This document shows, piece after piece, positions 1 through 43,700 of a stretch of 64,000 bases of DNA. Numbering within the stretch: the first letter of the stretch is position 1; each line of letters opens with the position of its first letter. The stretch covers positions 2,480,001 to 2,544,000 of the forward strand of contig OZ218958.1 of the NCBI GenBank assembly GCA_965112735.1, written 5' to 3'. Position numbers and translations under genes: made by a program. The notes beneath the pieces were generated by a model. The model was not told the origin of the DNA and searched no databases. It saw nothing but the letters and a program-made list of their open reading frames with translations. The DNA is from Phaeosaccion multiseriatum. Lineage: Eukaryota; Protista; Ochrophyta, other classes.

Positions 1-32276
<32,276 letters not shown>

Positions 32277-32677
32277 CTGCTTGTTGCGAGGAATTGCCCA
32301 ATGCCAATCCTCTTATCCTCGCCCTCCCTCCAAGAGAGATGTTGGTGCCGTTACGACCTCTCCATCTCGAACAAAGGTCCCCTGTCCATCCTCCTCACTC
32401 GCGCAATTGGACTCCCTCCCTTCCTGACTACAGTACGAAAGGCTGTGTGTGTGTCTCCCGTCCTCCCACCTAGTGTGTATTTATTGGAGGTACCAGTTTC
32501 TCCCTCCAAAGAGTTTGCATTTCAGGTGGCCAAAACCGTTACACGCCATCCACTGCCTTTTTTCCCCACGCCAAACGGAGCTGCTGCACGAGGGCTTTTT
32601 ATTCCGAGTGCAACTGGTCGATGGTGGTCAGACGAAGGAGGAGGTGTGCTACCACGGCGTCGCGGCCGTCGCCACAT
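32277..32677. promoter_or_regulatory. Probable bidirectional promoter region between divergent genes
   Basis: Only about 400 bp separate the dynein ATG (minus) and the membrane-protein ATG (plus); inferred from geometry only. Confidence 0.4.
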
Positions 32678-32760
32678 ATGAAGAACGTGCTGGTGAAGTG
32701 TGTCTGCTGCCTGGTGTGGCTGGCTGAGCTCTGTTGTGGAGGAGAGGACAAAGTAATCGC

Positions 32761-32807
<47 letters not shown>

Positions 32808-34708
32808 GCGGCGGCGGTGGCGGCGGCGGCTTGACCGGGATGAGACCATCACTACTTCCCGAAGCAGTTGTAGCGGTAGTGGTGCAGCGTGAAGAGGAGG
32901 GCGTGGGCAGCAGCAGCATAAGTGATGACAGGGGGAGGAGGGTGGACGAGGACAGGGGCAGCGAAGAAAATAAGGAGCGGTACATGGCCGTTCTTGGCCA
33001 ATGGAGTACCTGTCATGACAGTAGCAGGCAACAAGACGCGCAAGCAGGAGGAGGAGACACGGTGGATATGAACATGATGAGCACATCATCCTCATCTTGC
33101 ATGCGAACCCGCCTCGTGTTCTGCTCCAGCAGTGGGGGAGCTCTCGTCTCAAACACCAATTGCCCTGACCTTCCCCTCTCGGTGGAGTCTTGTGCGCACG
33201 GGGAGTGTCGAGGGCTAGACGAGAAGGCCCCGGCGACGGAAAGGGGTCGAGGGGAGGGCAGGAGTGCTGAAGATAAGGCGGTCTCTCATTGGCGCCCTGC
33301 GGCTCCTCCTGCGGCTGCTTCTCCTACTCTGAGGAGCGATAGATACTCGTGGGGGGCGAAAAAACATTCGGCAGCGCCAAACGATGTTCTTCTCTCTTAC
33401 TTATACCAGAAGCAGGAGCAGGAACAGCAACAGCAGCATGGGCAGGAGCAGGAGCAGGAGCAGCAGAAGCAGGAGAAGGACCAGGAAGTGGAAAGTCTAC
33501 AGGAGCATCGAGAGGTACATTCTGCTGCTGTTGACGGCCGTAGTCCTGCGGACAGGTACCCTCCCAAGCCACATCAGCAGGGTGGGCTGCACCGCTACCC
33601 ACAGACACCGCCATGGATGAAGGGCGCGGAGCAAGAGAAAAGGGAGAGGGGGAAGGAGGGGAAGGGGGAGAGAGAGGGAGAGGAGAGAGTGGACGAGGAG
33701 GAAGAGGAGGAGGGGGTTGATGGACCTGGTGGTGGTGGTGAAGGTGGGGAACCAGAAAGCGCTAGCAAAGCCGGCCATCCGTCTTCGGAGCGGCGAGAGA
33801 GCAGGGCAAACACCGTACTCACGTCCGTTGGTAAGCATGCTTCGTCTGCACAACGAGGAGAGAGAGGGGAGAGAAGAGGAGAGAGAGGGGAGAGAGCGGA
33901 GAGCGGAGGAAAGAGAGGAGAGAGAGGAGGAGGGGAGAGAGGGAAAGCTAGAGCGACGGGTAGAGCGGAAGTGCAGGCGAAGACGAAGGGCAAAGTGGTG
34001 AGCGTGCTCATCAACAACTCCGGCTCGGGCTCAGCGGACGCCTCGAGTCAATTCAGCTCCATGAGCCACCGGACCTGGTTGGTACTCGCCGTCGGCACAG
34101 TCGCCGTAGGGAGCTTCTTGAGTATTGTCGTGTACGCAGTGAGGCAGTATCAAAGCGAGCAGGTCTCAACCCTGACGCCCTCGTGGATGGAGTTAGGCTC
34201 GGTGTCCAGTGAAGACGGCGGCGGGGGCGGGACTGGTCCTGACACCGACTATTTGCCGCCCTGTCCGCCCCCCGGGGATGAGTGGGATGAGTGGGACGCG
34301 GGGGAGAAGGGCGGCGTGTTTCGAATCGGGTGTAGCACCAGTACGAGAGTGGTACGTAAGCATACGAAGGGGGAGCATGGGAATGGATACAATGGATACG
34401 GGTACAGTGCTACTACCACCACCACTAGTAGTGCCAGTGTTGCTGCTGCTCCTTTTGCTGGGGGGGTGGTTGAAGTTGAAGTTGAAGAGGAAGCAGGAAA
34501 GAGCAGGGGGAGGGGTAGCGGGAGTAGGAGCGGTCGATGGAAGCGCATGCAGAACGACCGTTCACCCCCACAGGCAGTAGCAACAGAAGGAGGGGGAGGG
34601 GGAGGAGGAGGAGGGGGGGGGGGGGGAGAACGCGATGGGTTGGTGCCGAGGAGGGCAGGCCACTACGAGATCAACCCCTTTGCCTCATACGAGGCCGCCA
34701 CTCTGTAG
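32678..34708 (+). CDS. Intronless low-complexity hypothetical protein, predicted type I single-pass membrane protein
   Basis: Uninterrupted ORF 32621..34708. ATG at 32678 starts a signal-peptide-like MKNVLVKCVCCLVWLAELCCG. One hydrophobic segment TWLVLAVGTVAVGSFLSIVVYAV (about 34073-34141) is followed by R. No recognisable domain. Confidence 0.6.
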
Positions 34709-34946
34709 AGCAGGAGGAGGGTTCTCACTGCGGCAGGTGGGGGGGAGGGGGCAGGGAGGCAGAGATTCGCCTTCTTGCTCGCCTTCTACACAGGCAGAGA
34801 GAGAGGAGAGAGGAGAGAGGAGAGAGGGAGAGACAGAAGGAGAGAGGGAGAGAGGGGGAGAGAGACTGCGAGACTGACACAGCCAGACCACATTCTGACG
34901 TTCCTTCGATTGTTTTGTAGCCACGGAAAAGAGGCAATTTTAGCTG

Positions 34947-35175
34947 AGCTGTCATCACAGCGAGGGCCATATGAGCAAAGGAGGCGAGTATTTTACTGAC
35001 TTAGTAGTAGGAGGAGAGCCTTTTATTGACTTAATAGGAGGAGAGTATTCTTTAGACTTCAGCTGTCATCACAGCGAGGGCCATATGAGCAAAGGAGGCG
35101 AGTATTTTACTGACTTAGTAGTAGGAGGAGAGCCTTTTATTGACTTAATAGGAGGAGAGCATTTTATTGACTTCA
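34947..35175. repeat. Two 114 bp direct repeats, each made of 24-27 bp subunits (aggaggagag..ttttattgactt)
   Basis: agctgtcatcacagcgagggcc starts at both 34947 and 35061. Confidence 0.9.
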
Positions 35176-35717
35176 TGTGAAGAATCGCCTGTACGAAACT
35201 GCAAAGGAGGGGCCAAAAGTCGAATCTAGCTTGCTTGACGAGATTTGAGCTCCTCTGTGCTGCTGCTGCCCGCAAATATAAAGACATCTTACAGTAAAAG
35301 TAACATTAAAAGGCGTATCTTTAACTCCTCCTCCACACCACTATTCCTGCGGAAATGCTGAAAACTAGGAAAGGGATCGGCCCCTGACATGCTTCTGAGA
35401 CAGGCCAGCCCAGAAGCAGGAAGCAGGCAGGCTGGCGCCGGTCAGAAGCAGGAAGCAGGGGTGGTCGCCTCAGATGCATGTCAGGGGCCGAAAGGGAAAA
35501 AGCGATGAAAGACGAGAGTAACAGGTTGGCTCTGGTGGAGCACCAACGCGCCTATAGCGCTTACTCAAAGCTCCCCCCACCCGAACAAAACTCCAACCCG
35601 GCCAAGACGACAAGGCCTTACCTCCCCTTCCTCTGTGCCAACCCTCTTGCTTGTCGCCGGTCTGCTGCTGTCTGTACGACAGAGCCGCTTGAATAGGGGA
35701 GGAGAGTGCTCTGGAGG

Positions 35718-37835
35718 ATGACGTGGGCGCGCCGGAGCAGGATTGCCGGGAAGGTGCAGGCGTGGTATGACAAGAGAGTTGAGCTGGAGGCTTTGGGCTG
35801 GGGAAGCAGCAAGGAAGATCTCCTGCTCTTGCTCAAGGCCGTTCTCTGCACGGTCGATCTCAAGCAACTCAAGCAGATGGGGTATGGTCCGCTGCAATAC
35901 CTCGCCGAGGCTGAGAAGAGCAAGAAGACACGCTGTTCGGAGGTGAAGGGACCGAGAATGCTGGAGGGGGTGAAGCTGCTGGAGGAGTGCGGACTATGCG
36001 TTGACACCAGGCGAGATGGGGGTTCCTGGACGGCTCTGCACCAAGCTGCATGGAGGGGGCACTTTGACTTGGTGAAGGGGCTAGTGGAGGCGGGTGCGGA
36101 TGTCAACATCAAGCGTGATGCTGGAGCGACCCCTCTAGGCCTTGCTGCCTCCGCCGGCCACCCCATGATAGTGTGGTACTTGCTTAAGCATGGAGCCAAA
36201 TGGGAGGGGACCTACGCCTTGCACTGGGCAGCTCGGTTTGGGAGCCCTTCGAGTGTGAAGATGTTGCTGAAGGCAGGGGCCAATGTTTTCGAGAAGGATC
36301 AGGATGGGGACACGGCTGCCCAGAGTTGCTGCAGAGGGACTGACGAGCGGGGCTCGAAAGCAGGGCGGGCCGAGGCTCTGTCTATCTTGCTCAAGAAGGG
36401 CGCAGATGTGAAGGTGAAGGACGAAGATGGCGACACTCTCCTGCACCTCGCCGCGTTGTTCGGACACGAGCAGTGCATCCCCATTCTTGTGGGCAGAGGG
36501 CTGCAGGTCGATGCAAGGAGCAACAACTTGGACACGCCGCTCCACTTGGCCTCTTGGAATGGACATCTGGGATTTGTGAAGGAGGTCATTCGCCGCGGTG
36601 CCCCCCTTGACGCTGCCAATGAATACGGCCGCAGCCCTTTGCTGGAGGCTGCCGGTAGAGGCCACGTGAAGGTTGTGAGCGAGCTGATACGCGCCGATGC
36701 CTCTGTCAATGTCAAGGACAAGAATTCGATCACCGCACTGCATCTCGCGGCCGCCCTGGGCAGCATCAAGCTGGCCTACCTCCTGGTGGAGAGTGGAGCG
36801 GCGGTCGATGCCCTCACCGATGATGGTGAAAGTCCTTTGGTATCGTGCATGAGCCCTGCGGAAGGGACGGTAGCTCAGAATTTGAAGTATTGTCACACAT
36901 CACCAGGAGAAAAGGAGGCGCGCGAGAAGGTGGCTCGATTCCTGCTGAAGATGGGCGCTACCGTTGACGAGAAGGTGATGAAAGCGGCAGGGGAGGCAGG
37001 CTTCAGTGGTGTCATAACCTCTTTCATCAGGAAAGAACGGGAGGGGTGCAACGCTCTCACAGACAGACTTCACACCGTTTCGGAGCACTGCATGTCCGTT
37101 TTAGCTGGTGCTGAGGATGAGAAGGCTGACAGCCCAGTGCGGGTTAGGCTGGCGAATACGCGCAGTGGAGAGAAGGGCGAGAAGCAGTACGTCTTGAGCA
37201 TCCCTCTGATGGAGCGGCTGGCGGCGAAGGTCAGCGGGAGAGAGGAGGAGAGAGCGAAGATCTCCACAAGCCAAGCCTCAGCGGCAGGCATTCTTCCGAA
37301 TATGCTAGACCCGAGGAAGCACGGGTACAAGGGGGATGATGAAGGTGATGATGGTGAGGAGAAGGGGGAAGGGAAGGGCAAGAAGGAGATGAAGCGTGTA
37401 GAGCTGAAGTATGATGGCGTGGACTTCACGGAGGAGGGCTTTGAGGCTGTGGTGAAGTTCGTGACTACGGGCAGTGTGGAGGAGCTGCTGACGAGAAGGC
37501 CGCGAGAGAGAGGTACAGAGGGGGGCGCGAGCAGCAGCAGCAGCAGCGGCAGGCGAGGAGGAGGAGGGGGGGGGGCTGAAGGCACTGGCCGGGGCGGCAA
37601 GAAGAGGAAGCGTGTGAAGCTGTTCGACGACGTTCGAGCGAAGCAGGCTCTGCAGGCCGCGGAGTTCTTCTGTTTGGAAGGCATGGCGAGGGAGGTGAAG
37701 ACGCTGATGGGAGAGTACGGCTTCGAGCTGGAGCAGAACGAAACCGAGAAGGAGGAGGAAGGGCCGTCGCGGAAGAGAAAGGGCTGGACCCTGAGCACCA
37801 CCAAGGAAGACTTCAGCACCTGCATGCATGAGTGA
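35718..37835 (+). CDS. Ankyrin-repeat protein with C-terminal BTB/POZ-like domain, copy 1
   Basis: About 9 ankyrin repeats (TALHQAAWRGH, TPLHLASWNGH, TALHLAAALG). C-terminal FTEEGFEAVVKFVTTG...QALQAAEFFCLEGM fits the BTB helix pattern (inference). NLS-like KKRKR. Confidence 0.9.
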   Translation: MTWARRSRIAGKVQAWYDKRVELEALGWGSSKEDLLLLLKAVLCTVDLKQLKQMGYGPLQYLAEAEKSKKTRCSEVKGPRMLEGVKLLEECGLCVDTRRDGGSWTALHQAAWRGHFDLVKGLVEAGADVNIKRDAGATPLGLAASAGHPMIVWYLLKHGAKWEGTYALHWAARFGSPSSVKMLLKAGANVFEKDQDGDTAAQSCCRGTDERGSKAGRAEALSILLKKGADVKVKDEDGDTLLHLAALFGHEQCIPILVGRGLQVDARSNNLDTPLHLASWNGHLGFVKEVIRRGAPLDAANEYGRSPLLEAAGRGHVKVVSELIRADASVNVKDKNSITALHLAAALGSIKLAYLLVESGAAVDALTDDGESPLVSCMSPAEGTVAQNLKYCHTSPGEKEAREKVARFLLKMGATVDEKVMKAAGEAGFSGVITSFIRKEREGCNALTDRLHTVSEHCMSVLAGAEDEKADSPVRVRLANTRSGEKGEKQYVLSIPLMERLAAKVSGREEERAKISTSQASAAGILPNMLDPRKHGYKGDDEGDDGEEKGEGKGKKEMKRVELKYDGVDFTEEGFEAVVKFVTTGSVEELLTRRPRERGTEGGASSSSSSGRRGGGGGGAEGTGRGGKKRKRVKLFDDVRAKQALQAAEFFCLEGMAREVKTLMGEYGFELEQNETEKEEEGPSRKRKGWTLSTTKEDFSTCMHE

Positions 37836-38661
37836 GCTCGCCTCGGTGGTGGGAGGAGGGAGAGATAGAGTGAGCATGAAAGGCATGCTAGGAGACGAGA
37901 GATGGGTGGGGTGCGTAACGGTGTGCGGTGTGTGCGGTGTGCACCTTGGCGTCAGCGGCGTATGCGTTAGGAGGGCCGTGGTGAGGAGCACCACCTTCCA
38001 CCATCCCTCGTCCGAACAAATGTGAGAGGAGGCGTGCTCTTGATTGGGTCCCATTGATTGGGAGTACGATGTGGATCATGGATCACAACCATACCCGTCT
38101 CTGTGAAAAATCGAGTAATAGCAACATGAGAAAAAGGGGGAGGTTAACCCGACAGATGGTGTGTGTGCTGCGCATGAACAGCGGTTTCATGGCGTACATG
38201 AGGACAGAGTATCAGGTCGGGGATCATGAGTGGAAGGCCAAGGTGTCGAGAGCCGACCTTAAGGCCAAGCCATAGGTAATTGTGTACTTGAGTGATTAAC
38301 AGTGAATAGATAGTAAAAATAAAAAAAAGATTGGATCACATCACACCCCTGGGCGGGGGGGGCGGATCATACTAAAATCATGCAGATCATGGATGACGTC
38401 ATGGATCACATCAGCCAAGGCATCACATCATGGATCACATCATACGCTGCTTACACATGATCGGATCCCCCCCCCCACATCAAATTGCATAGGAGTTGGT
38501 TCCTCAAAACACAAATGGCGACTTTCATTTTTTTTTCCTTCTTTAAACTCATAACTAAAACAAGGGTGTAATATATATAGATCCTTCACGCTGAGCTGCT
38601 GCTTGCTGTTGTCCTTACGACAGACCCGCTTGGGTAGAGGAAGGGAGCGCTCTCGAGGAAG
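37836..38661. repeat. Array spacer type A (second copy at 52850-53675)
   Basis: Near-identical sequence at offset 15014. Confidence 0.9.
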
Positions 38662-40737
38662 ATGAGCGCGGAGCGGGAGAGGATTGCCGGGAAGGTGCAG
38701 GAGTGGTACGACAAGAGAGCTGAGCTGGAGGCTTCAGGCTGGGGAAGCTCCAAGGAGGACCTCCTGCTCTTGCTCAAGGCCGTTCTCTGCACCGTCGATG
38801 TCGAGGAGCTGAAGCAGAAGGGGTATGGTCCGCTGCACTACCTCGCGGATGCTGAGAAGAGCAAGGAGACACTGTGTTTGGAGGTGAAGGGACCGAGGAT
38901 GCTGGAGGGGGTGAAGCTGCTGGGGGAGTGCGGACTAAGCGTTGACACCAGGCGAGATGGGGGTTCCGGGACGGCTCTGCACCAAGCTGCATGGAGGGGG
39001 CACTTTGACTTGGTGAAGGGGCTAGTGGAGGCAGGTGCGGATGTCAACATCAAGTGTGATGCTGGAGCGACCCCTCTAGGCCTTGCTGCCTCCGCCGGCC
39101 ACCCCATGATAGTGTGGTACTTGCTTAAGCATGGAGCCAAATGGGAGGGGACCTACGCCTTGCACAGTGCGGCTCGGTTTGGGAGCCCTTCGAGTGTGAA
39201 GATGTTGCTGAAGGCAGGGGCCAATGTTTTCGAGAGGGAACCGGATGGGGACACGGCTGCCCAGAGTTGCTGCAGAGGGAGTGACGAGCAGGGCTCGAAA
39301 GCAGGGCGGGCCGAGGCTCTGTCTATCTTGCTCAAGAAGGGCGCAGATGTGAAGGTGAAGGACGAAGATGGCGACACTCTCCTGCACCTCGCCGCGTTGT
39401 TCGGACACGAGCAGTGCATCCCCATTCTTGTGGACAGAGGGCTGCAGGTCGATGCAAGGAACACCATCTTGGACACGCCGCTCCACTATGCCTCTTTGCA
39501 TGGACGCCTGGGATGTGTGAAGGAGCTCATTCACCGCGGTGCCCCCCTTGACGCTGTCGATGTATATGGTAGCATTTCCCTCACGTATGCGGCCCTCAGA
39601 GGCCACGAGGAGGTTGTGAGCGAGCTGATACGCGCCGATGCCTCTGTCGATGTCAAGGACAATAATTCGATCTCCCCACTGCATCTCGCGGCCGCCCTGG
39701 GCAGCATCAAGATGGCCTACCTCCTGGTGGAGGGTGGAGCGGCGGTCGATGCCCTCACTGATGATGGTGAAAGTCCTTTGGTATCGTGCATGCGCCCTGG
39801 AGAAGGGAAGATAGCTCAGACGTTGGAGAGTCTTCGAACATCACCAGGAGAGAAGGAGGCGCGCGAGAAGGTGGCTCGATTCCTGCTGAAGATGGGCGCT
39901 GCCGTTGACGAGAAGGTGATGAAAGCGGCAGGGGAGGCAGGCTTCAGTGGTGTCATTACGTCTTTCTTCAGGAAGGAACGGGAGGGGCGCAACGCTGTCA
40001 CAGACAGACTTCACACCGTTTCGGAGCACTGCATGTCCATGATGGCTGGTGCTGAGGATGAGAAGGCTGACAGCACAGTGCGGGTTAGGCTGGTGAATAC
40101 GCGCAGTGGAGAGAAGGGCGAGAAGCAGTACGTCTTGAGCATCCCTCTGATGGAGCGGCTGGCGGCGAGGGTCAGTGGGAGAGAGGAGGATAGAGCGAAG
40201 ATCTCCACAAGCCAAGCCTCAGCGGCAGGCATTCTTCCGAAAATGCTAGACCCGAGGAAGCACGGCTACAAGGGGGATGATGAAGGCGATGATGGTAAGG
40301 AGAAGGGGGAAGGGAAGGGCAAGAAGGAGATGAAGCGTGTAGAGCTGAAGTATGATGGCGTGGACTTCACGGAGGAGGGCTTTGAGGCTGTGGTGCAGTT
40401 CGTGACTACGGGCAGTGTGGAGGAGCTGCTGACGAGAAGGCCGCGAGAGAGAGGTACAGAGGGGGGCGCGAGCAGCAGCAGCAGCAGCGGCAGGCGAGGA
40501 GGAGGAGGGGGGGGGGCTGAAGGCACTGGCCGGGGCGGCAAGAAGAGGAAGCGTGTGAAGCTGTTCGACGACGTTCGAGCGAAGCAGGCTCTGCAGGCCG
40601 CGGAACTCTTCTGCTTGGAGGGCATGTCGAGGGAGGTGAAGACTCTAATGGGAGAGTACGGCTTCGAGCTGGAGCAGAACGAGACTGAGAAGGAGGAAGA
40701 AGGGCCGTCGCGGAAGAGAAGCAGGGCTGACCCCTGA
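38662..40737 (+). CDS. Ankyrin + BTB-like protein, copy 2
   Basis: 691 aa ORF, paralog of copy 1. Confidence 0.9.
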   Translation: MSAERERIAGKVQEWYDKRAELEASGWGSSKEDLLLLLKAVLCTVDVEELKQKGYGPLHYLADAEKSKETLCLEVKGPRMLEGVKLLGECGLSVDTRRDGGSGTALHQAAWRGHFDLVKGLVEAGADVNIKCDAGATPLGLAASAGHPMIVWYLLKHGAKWEGTYALHSAARFGSPSSVKMLLKAGANVFEREPDGDTAAQSCCRGSDEQGSKAGRAEALSILLKKGADVKVKDEDGDTLLHLAALFGHEQCIPILVDRGLQVDARNTILDTPLHYASLHGRLGCVKELIHRGAPLDAVDVYGSISLTYAALRGHEEVVSELIRADASVDVKDNNSISPLHLAAALGSIKMAYLLVEGGAAVDALTDDGESPLVSCMRPGEGKIAQTLESLRTSPGEKEAREKVARFLLKMGAAVDEKVMKAAGEAGFSGVITSFFRKEREGRNAVTDRLHTVSEHCMSMMAGAEDEKADSTVRVRLVNTRSGEKGEKQYVLSIPLMERLAARVSGREEDRAKISTSQASAAGILPKMLDPRKHGYKGDDEGDDGKEKGEGKGKKEMKRVELKYDGVDFTEEGFEAVVQFVTTGSVEELLTRRPRERGTEGGASSSSSSGRRGGGGGGAEGTGRGGKKRKRVKLFDDVRAKQALQAAELFCLEGMSREVKTLMGEYGFELEQNETEKEEEGPSRKRSRADP

Positions 40738-43700
40738 GCACCACCAAGTAAGACTTCAGCAGCTGCATGCATGAGTGAGCTCGCCTCGGTGGTGGGAGGA
40801 GGGAGAGTAGTGGAATGCCTTCCATCGCTCCTCTGAAGAAGCGCGAGAGGAGGTGTACCGTTGATTGGATTGCTTGGGTCCAAGGAAGAGGGGTCTTCCC
40901 TCCTGCCTCCGAGCCGCTCCCTCGTACCGTGTAGAGCATTAGATGCGCCGAAATGAATCGATCGAACCCCCTTCTGTGAGACACCCTATGTATGGTGTTC
41001 GGTATTGTTGATAAGGTCACTGAAAAAACCGTCCTCTCCCTTGGTCTAAGTGCCATGCCTTTCTTCCAATCCCTCTCTCTATTGCTCTGCGAACTGTCTC
41101 GGCTGCGAAGTGTCTCATCGCAGAGTGGGATTTCATAAAATTATGCATAAGTAACGTCTTGCTCATCGACGGAGGCACTCAACAGCACCACCTCACCTTA
41201 CCTGGCTTGACCTTGACATGCCCTGTCGTGCTTGTCCTTCCACAGAGGGGCGTGGTAACCCCCTGACCTGGTCTGACCTGCCCTGTGTGTTTCTGTACAG
41301 GGGCGTTGTGACAGCCCACTCAGTCTCTCGTGCCCCTTCGTCCCCCTTCCCTCCCACACGGAGCTCGCCCGTCCCCATCCCGCTCTCGCTCCGTTCAGTC
41401 GAGCTCCTGCCGCAACTGCTGCTGCTGCTGCTGCTCCTCCTCCTCCTCCTCCTCCTCCTCCTCCTCCTCCTCCTCCTCCTCCTCCTCATCCTCCTCCTCC
41501 CGCCTCCCTCCCTCCTCCTCCTCCTCCTCCTCTCCCTCCTCCTCCTCCTCCTCCGACTCCTCCTCCTCCTCCTCCTCCTCCTCCTCCTCATCCTCCTCCT
41601 CATCCTCCTCCTCATCCTCCTCCTCATCCTTCTCCCTCGTCCTCACGCCCCCACGGACTGAGCTCCGATCCCCACTCCGAGTATCCGGCCCCCATCATGC
41701 CCAGGCCGAGGGATGGCGCAGGAGCCGCTATCCAATCTCGAGGCACCCCAAGGAGGTCCAGGAGAGCGGTTTCCGAGCCCGGCATGTATGGGGAGGGTAC
41801 CCTGAGGGAGAGGGGTGGCAGTGGACGGGAAAGCCGTGAGAGGGGAGGGAGAGGACGATAAACCCTCGCGAGAGCACACAACCCCCCCCCCTTGCTGTCT
41901 CATGTCGTCATACATGCCCCCGTCTCGTTCCTGTTTGGCGTAGGATCGATGATGCGCTTGGCTGCTCTTCCTTCGTGCTTCTCACTATACTACTCGACCT
42001 CCCTCCCTTCTTCTAAGCAAACCCAGGAGGGGCGGACAGGTCGTTACTTTTAGGTAGGCATCGATGGCACTTAAAGGGCGTGATCTCTTCACTACTTCTC
42101 TGCCAAAGACCTCACTACTCTGCTCAAATACTCACGTTCTCTTCCCGTCTCCAGCCTCATGGGAGGCACGGGTACCTCTAGCGGCGCCTTCTTGAGCCCT
42201 TCGTTCAGCACATGGGGCACCTTGCTCAGCCCGTCCCTTTCGGTCGTCTCGTGATGAGCCGCGAGCATGCACTCACGTACAAGGGTCGACACAAGGATGC
42301 GCACCTGAGTAGTGAGGAGCATAGTGATTGGATGGCAGTGGATGGATGAGATGCATTGGATGGCAGTGGATGGATTGGGTATGTGGAGATACGACACAGA
42401 GGGAGGGGAGGATGGAGGAGGATGGGGGGAAACGCACGCACCTGCCGCCGCAGAAACCTGTCTCCCACTTTTGGAGGCGGGAGAGGGAGGGGGATGGCAG
42501 CCGATGGTGGGTGGGAGGGGGGGAGGGGTTGGAGAGAGCGGATGGCAGTGGACGGAGAAGGGGGTTGAGTTTGGGTTTGGGGTTGGGGCAATGAATCATG
42601 TTGAAGGAACATGCGTCGCCACCGCCAGGAAGGGAGTCAAGGAGAGAAGGGAGGGAGGGAGGGAGGGAGGGAGGGAGGGAGGGAGGGAGGGAGGGAGGGA
42701 GGGAGGGAGGGAGGGAGGGAGGCAGGGAGAAGAGAGAAGAGAGTGGGGGCCTTTTGTCACGCAATGAAGGGCAGAAAAGGGATGGAGGGCTCTCTCGAAA
42801 AGAAGCGCTAATATGGCACCAGACGGAAGGCACAGACAACCAAGGCGTGGTAGGAGCGGTTTGCATGTACGGGATATGGACCCATGGCACAGGCAGGCCC
42901 GACCATGTTAGCAGAGTAGGCAGTGTCGCCCACCCCTCCCTCCCCCCCCCCCTCCCCTCTCTTACCTAGCTGCACAGCCATGACAGGTACCTCCTCCCCG
43001 CTGCTCAGGCGCAGGGTCCTTACCCTTGCTCTCGCCTCCATAAGGCGGCACACATCTTCCTTGTGAGTGGTCTTGATCTTGCCGTGCATGAATGATCCCC
43101 AGCGATGGCCCTCGGCCCCCCCCTCCTCCTCGCCTCCACTCTCCTTGCCTCCTTGGATGCTCTGAAGCATGGCGTTGGCTCGCTTCACGCCTGTGATCCA
43201 AAGTGGCGCGGAGGAGAGGTGGACGAGAGTTAGAGTAGAGGTTTAGGGGCAGGGAGGTTACCATGACGCCAATTGAGCAAGACCGATACTCTGACGGGGG
43301 CAAATGAGAGAGTGGACAGGCCCGCCATTGTTGTCCAAATGGGTTTACGCTCGCGGAAGCTGAAACTTGGGCATCTGTCAGCCTACACCTTTGATCCTTC
43401 GATTCCTACTGTGCCGCCAATAGCTCAGGAGGAAAGCCTTCCGTTTCGCCTCCTCTCCATGCCTCCTGCTCTCTCACCTTTGCGTCTACTTGGCCCTACG
43501 CAGAACACGTGCGAGAGGCCCGCTACCAAAGCCCCATGGAGACAGCGGTGGTGCGGGAGTTGCCAGACGTGTTATACGGAGTGCATGATGACCTGACGGG
43601 CCCTGAGATCGGTAGATGGGACCAGCATCAGCATCTACACGTTGCGACATCAGCAAAGCCGGAGCGAGTACTCACCCTTTGAGGGAAAAGTCAAAGTGAC

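Noticed and set aside
32290-32310. RFX X-box upstream of the dynein (ttgcccaatgccaa)
   Set aside because: Poor match to the GTNRCC-N-RGYAAC consensus
38054-38275. 73 aa ORF in spacer A
   Set aside because: Non-ATG start, no recognisable motif, and conservation is explained by recent duplication
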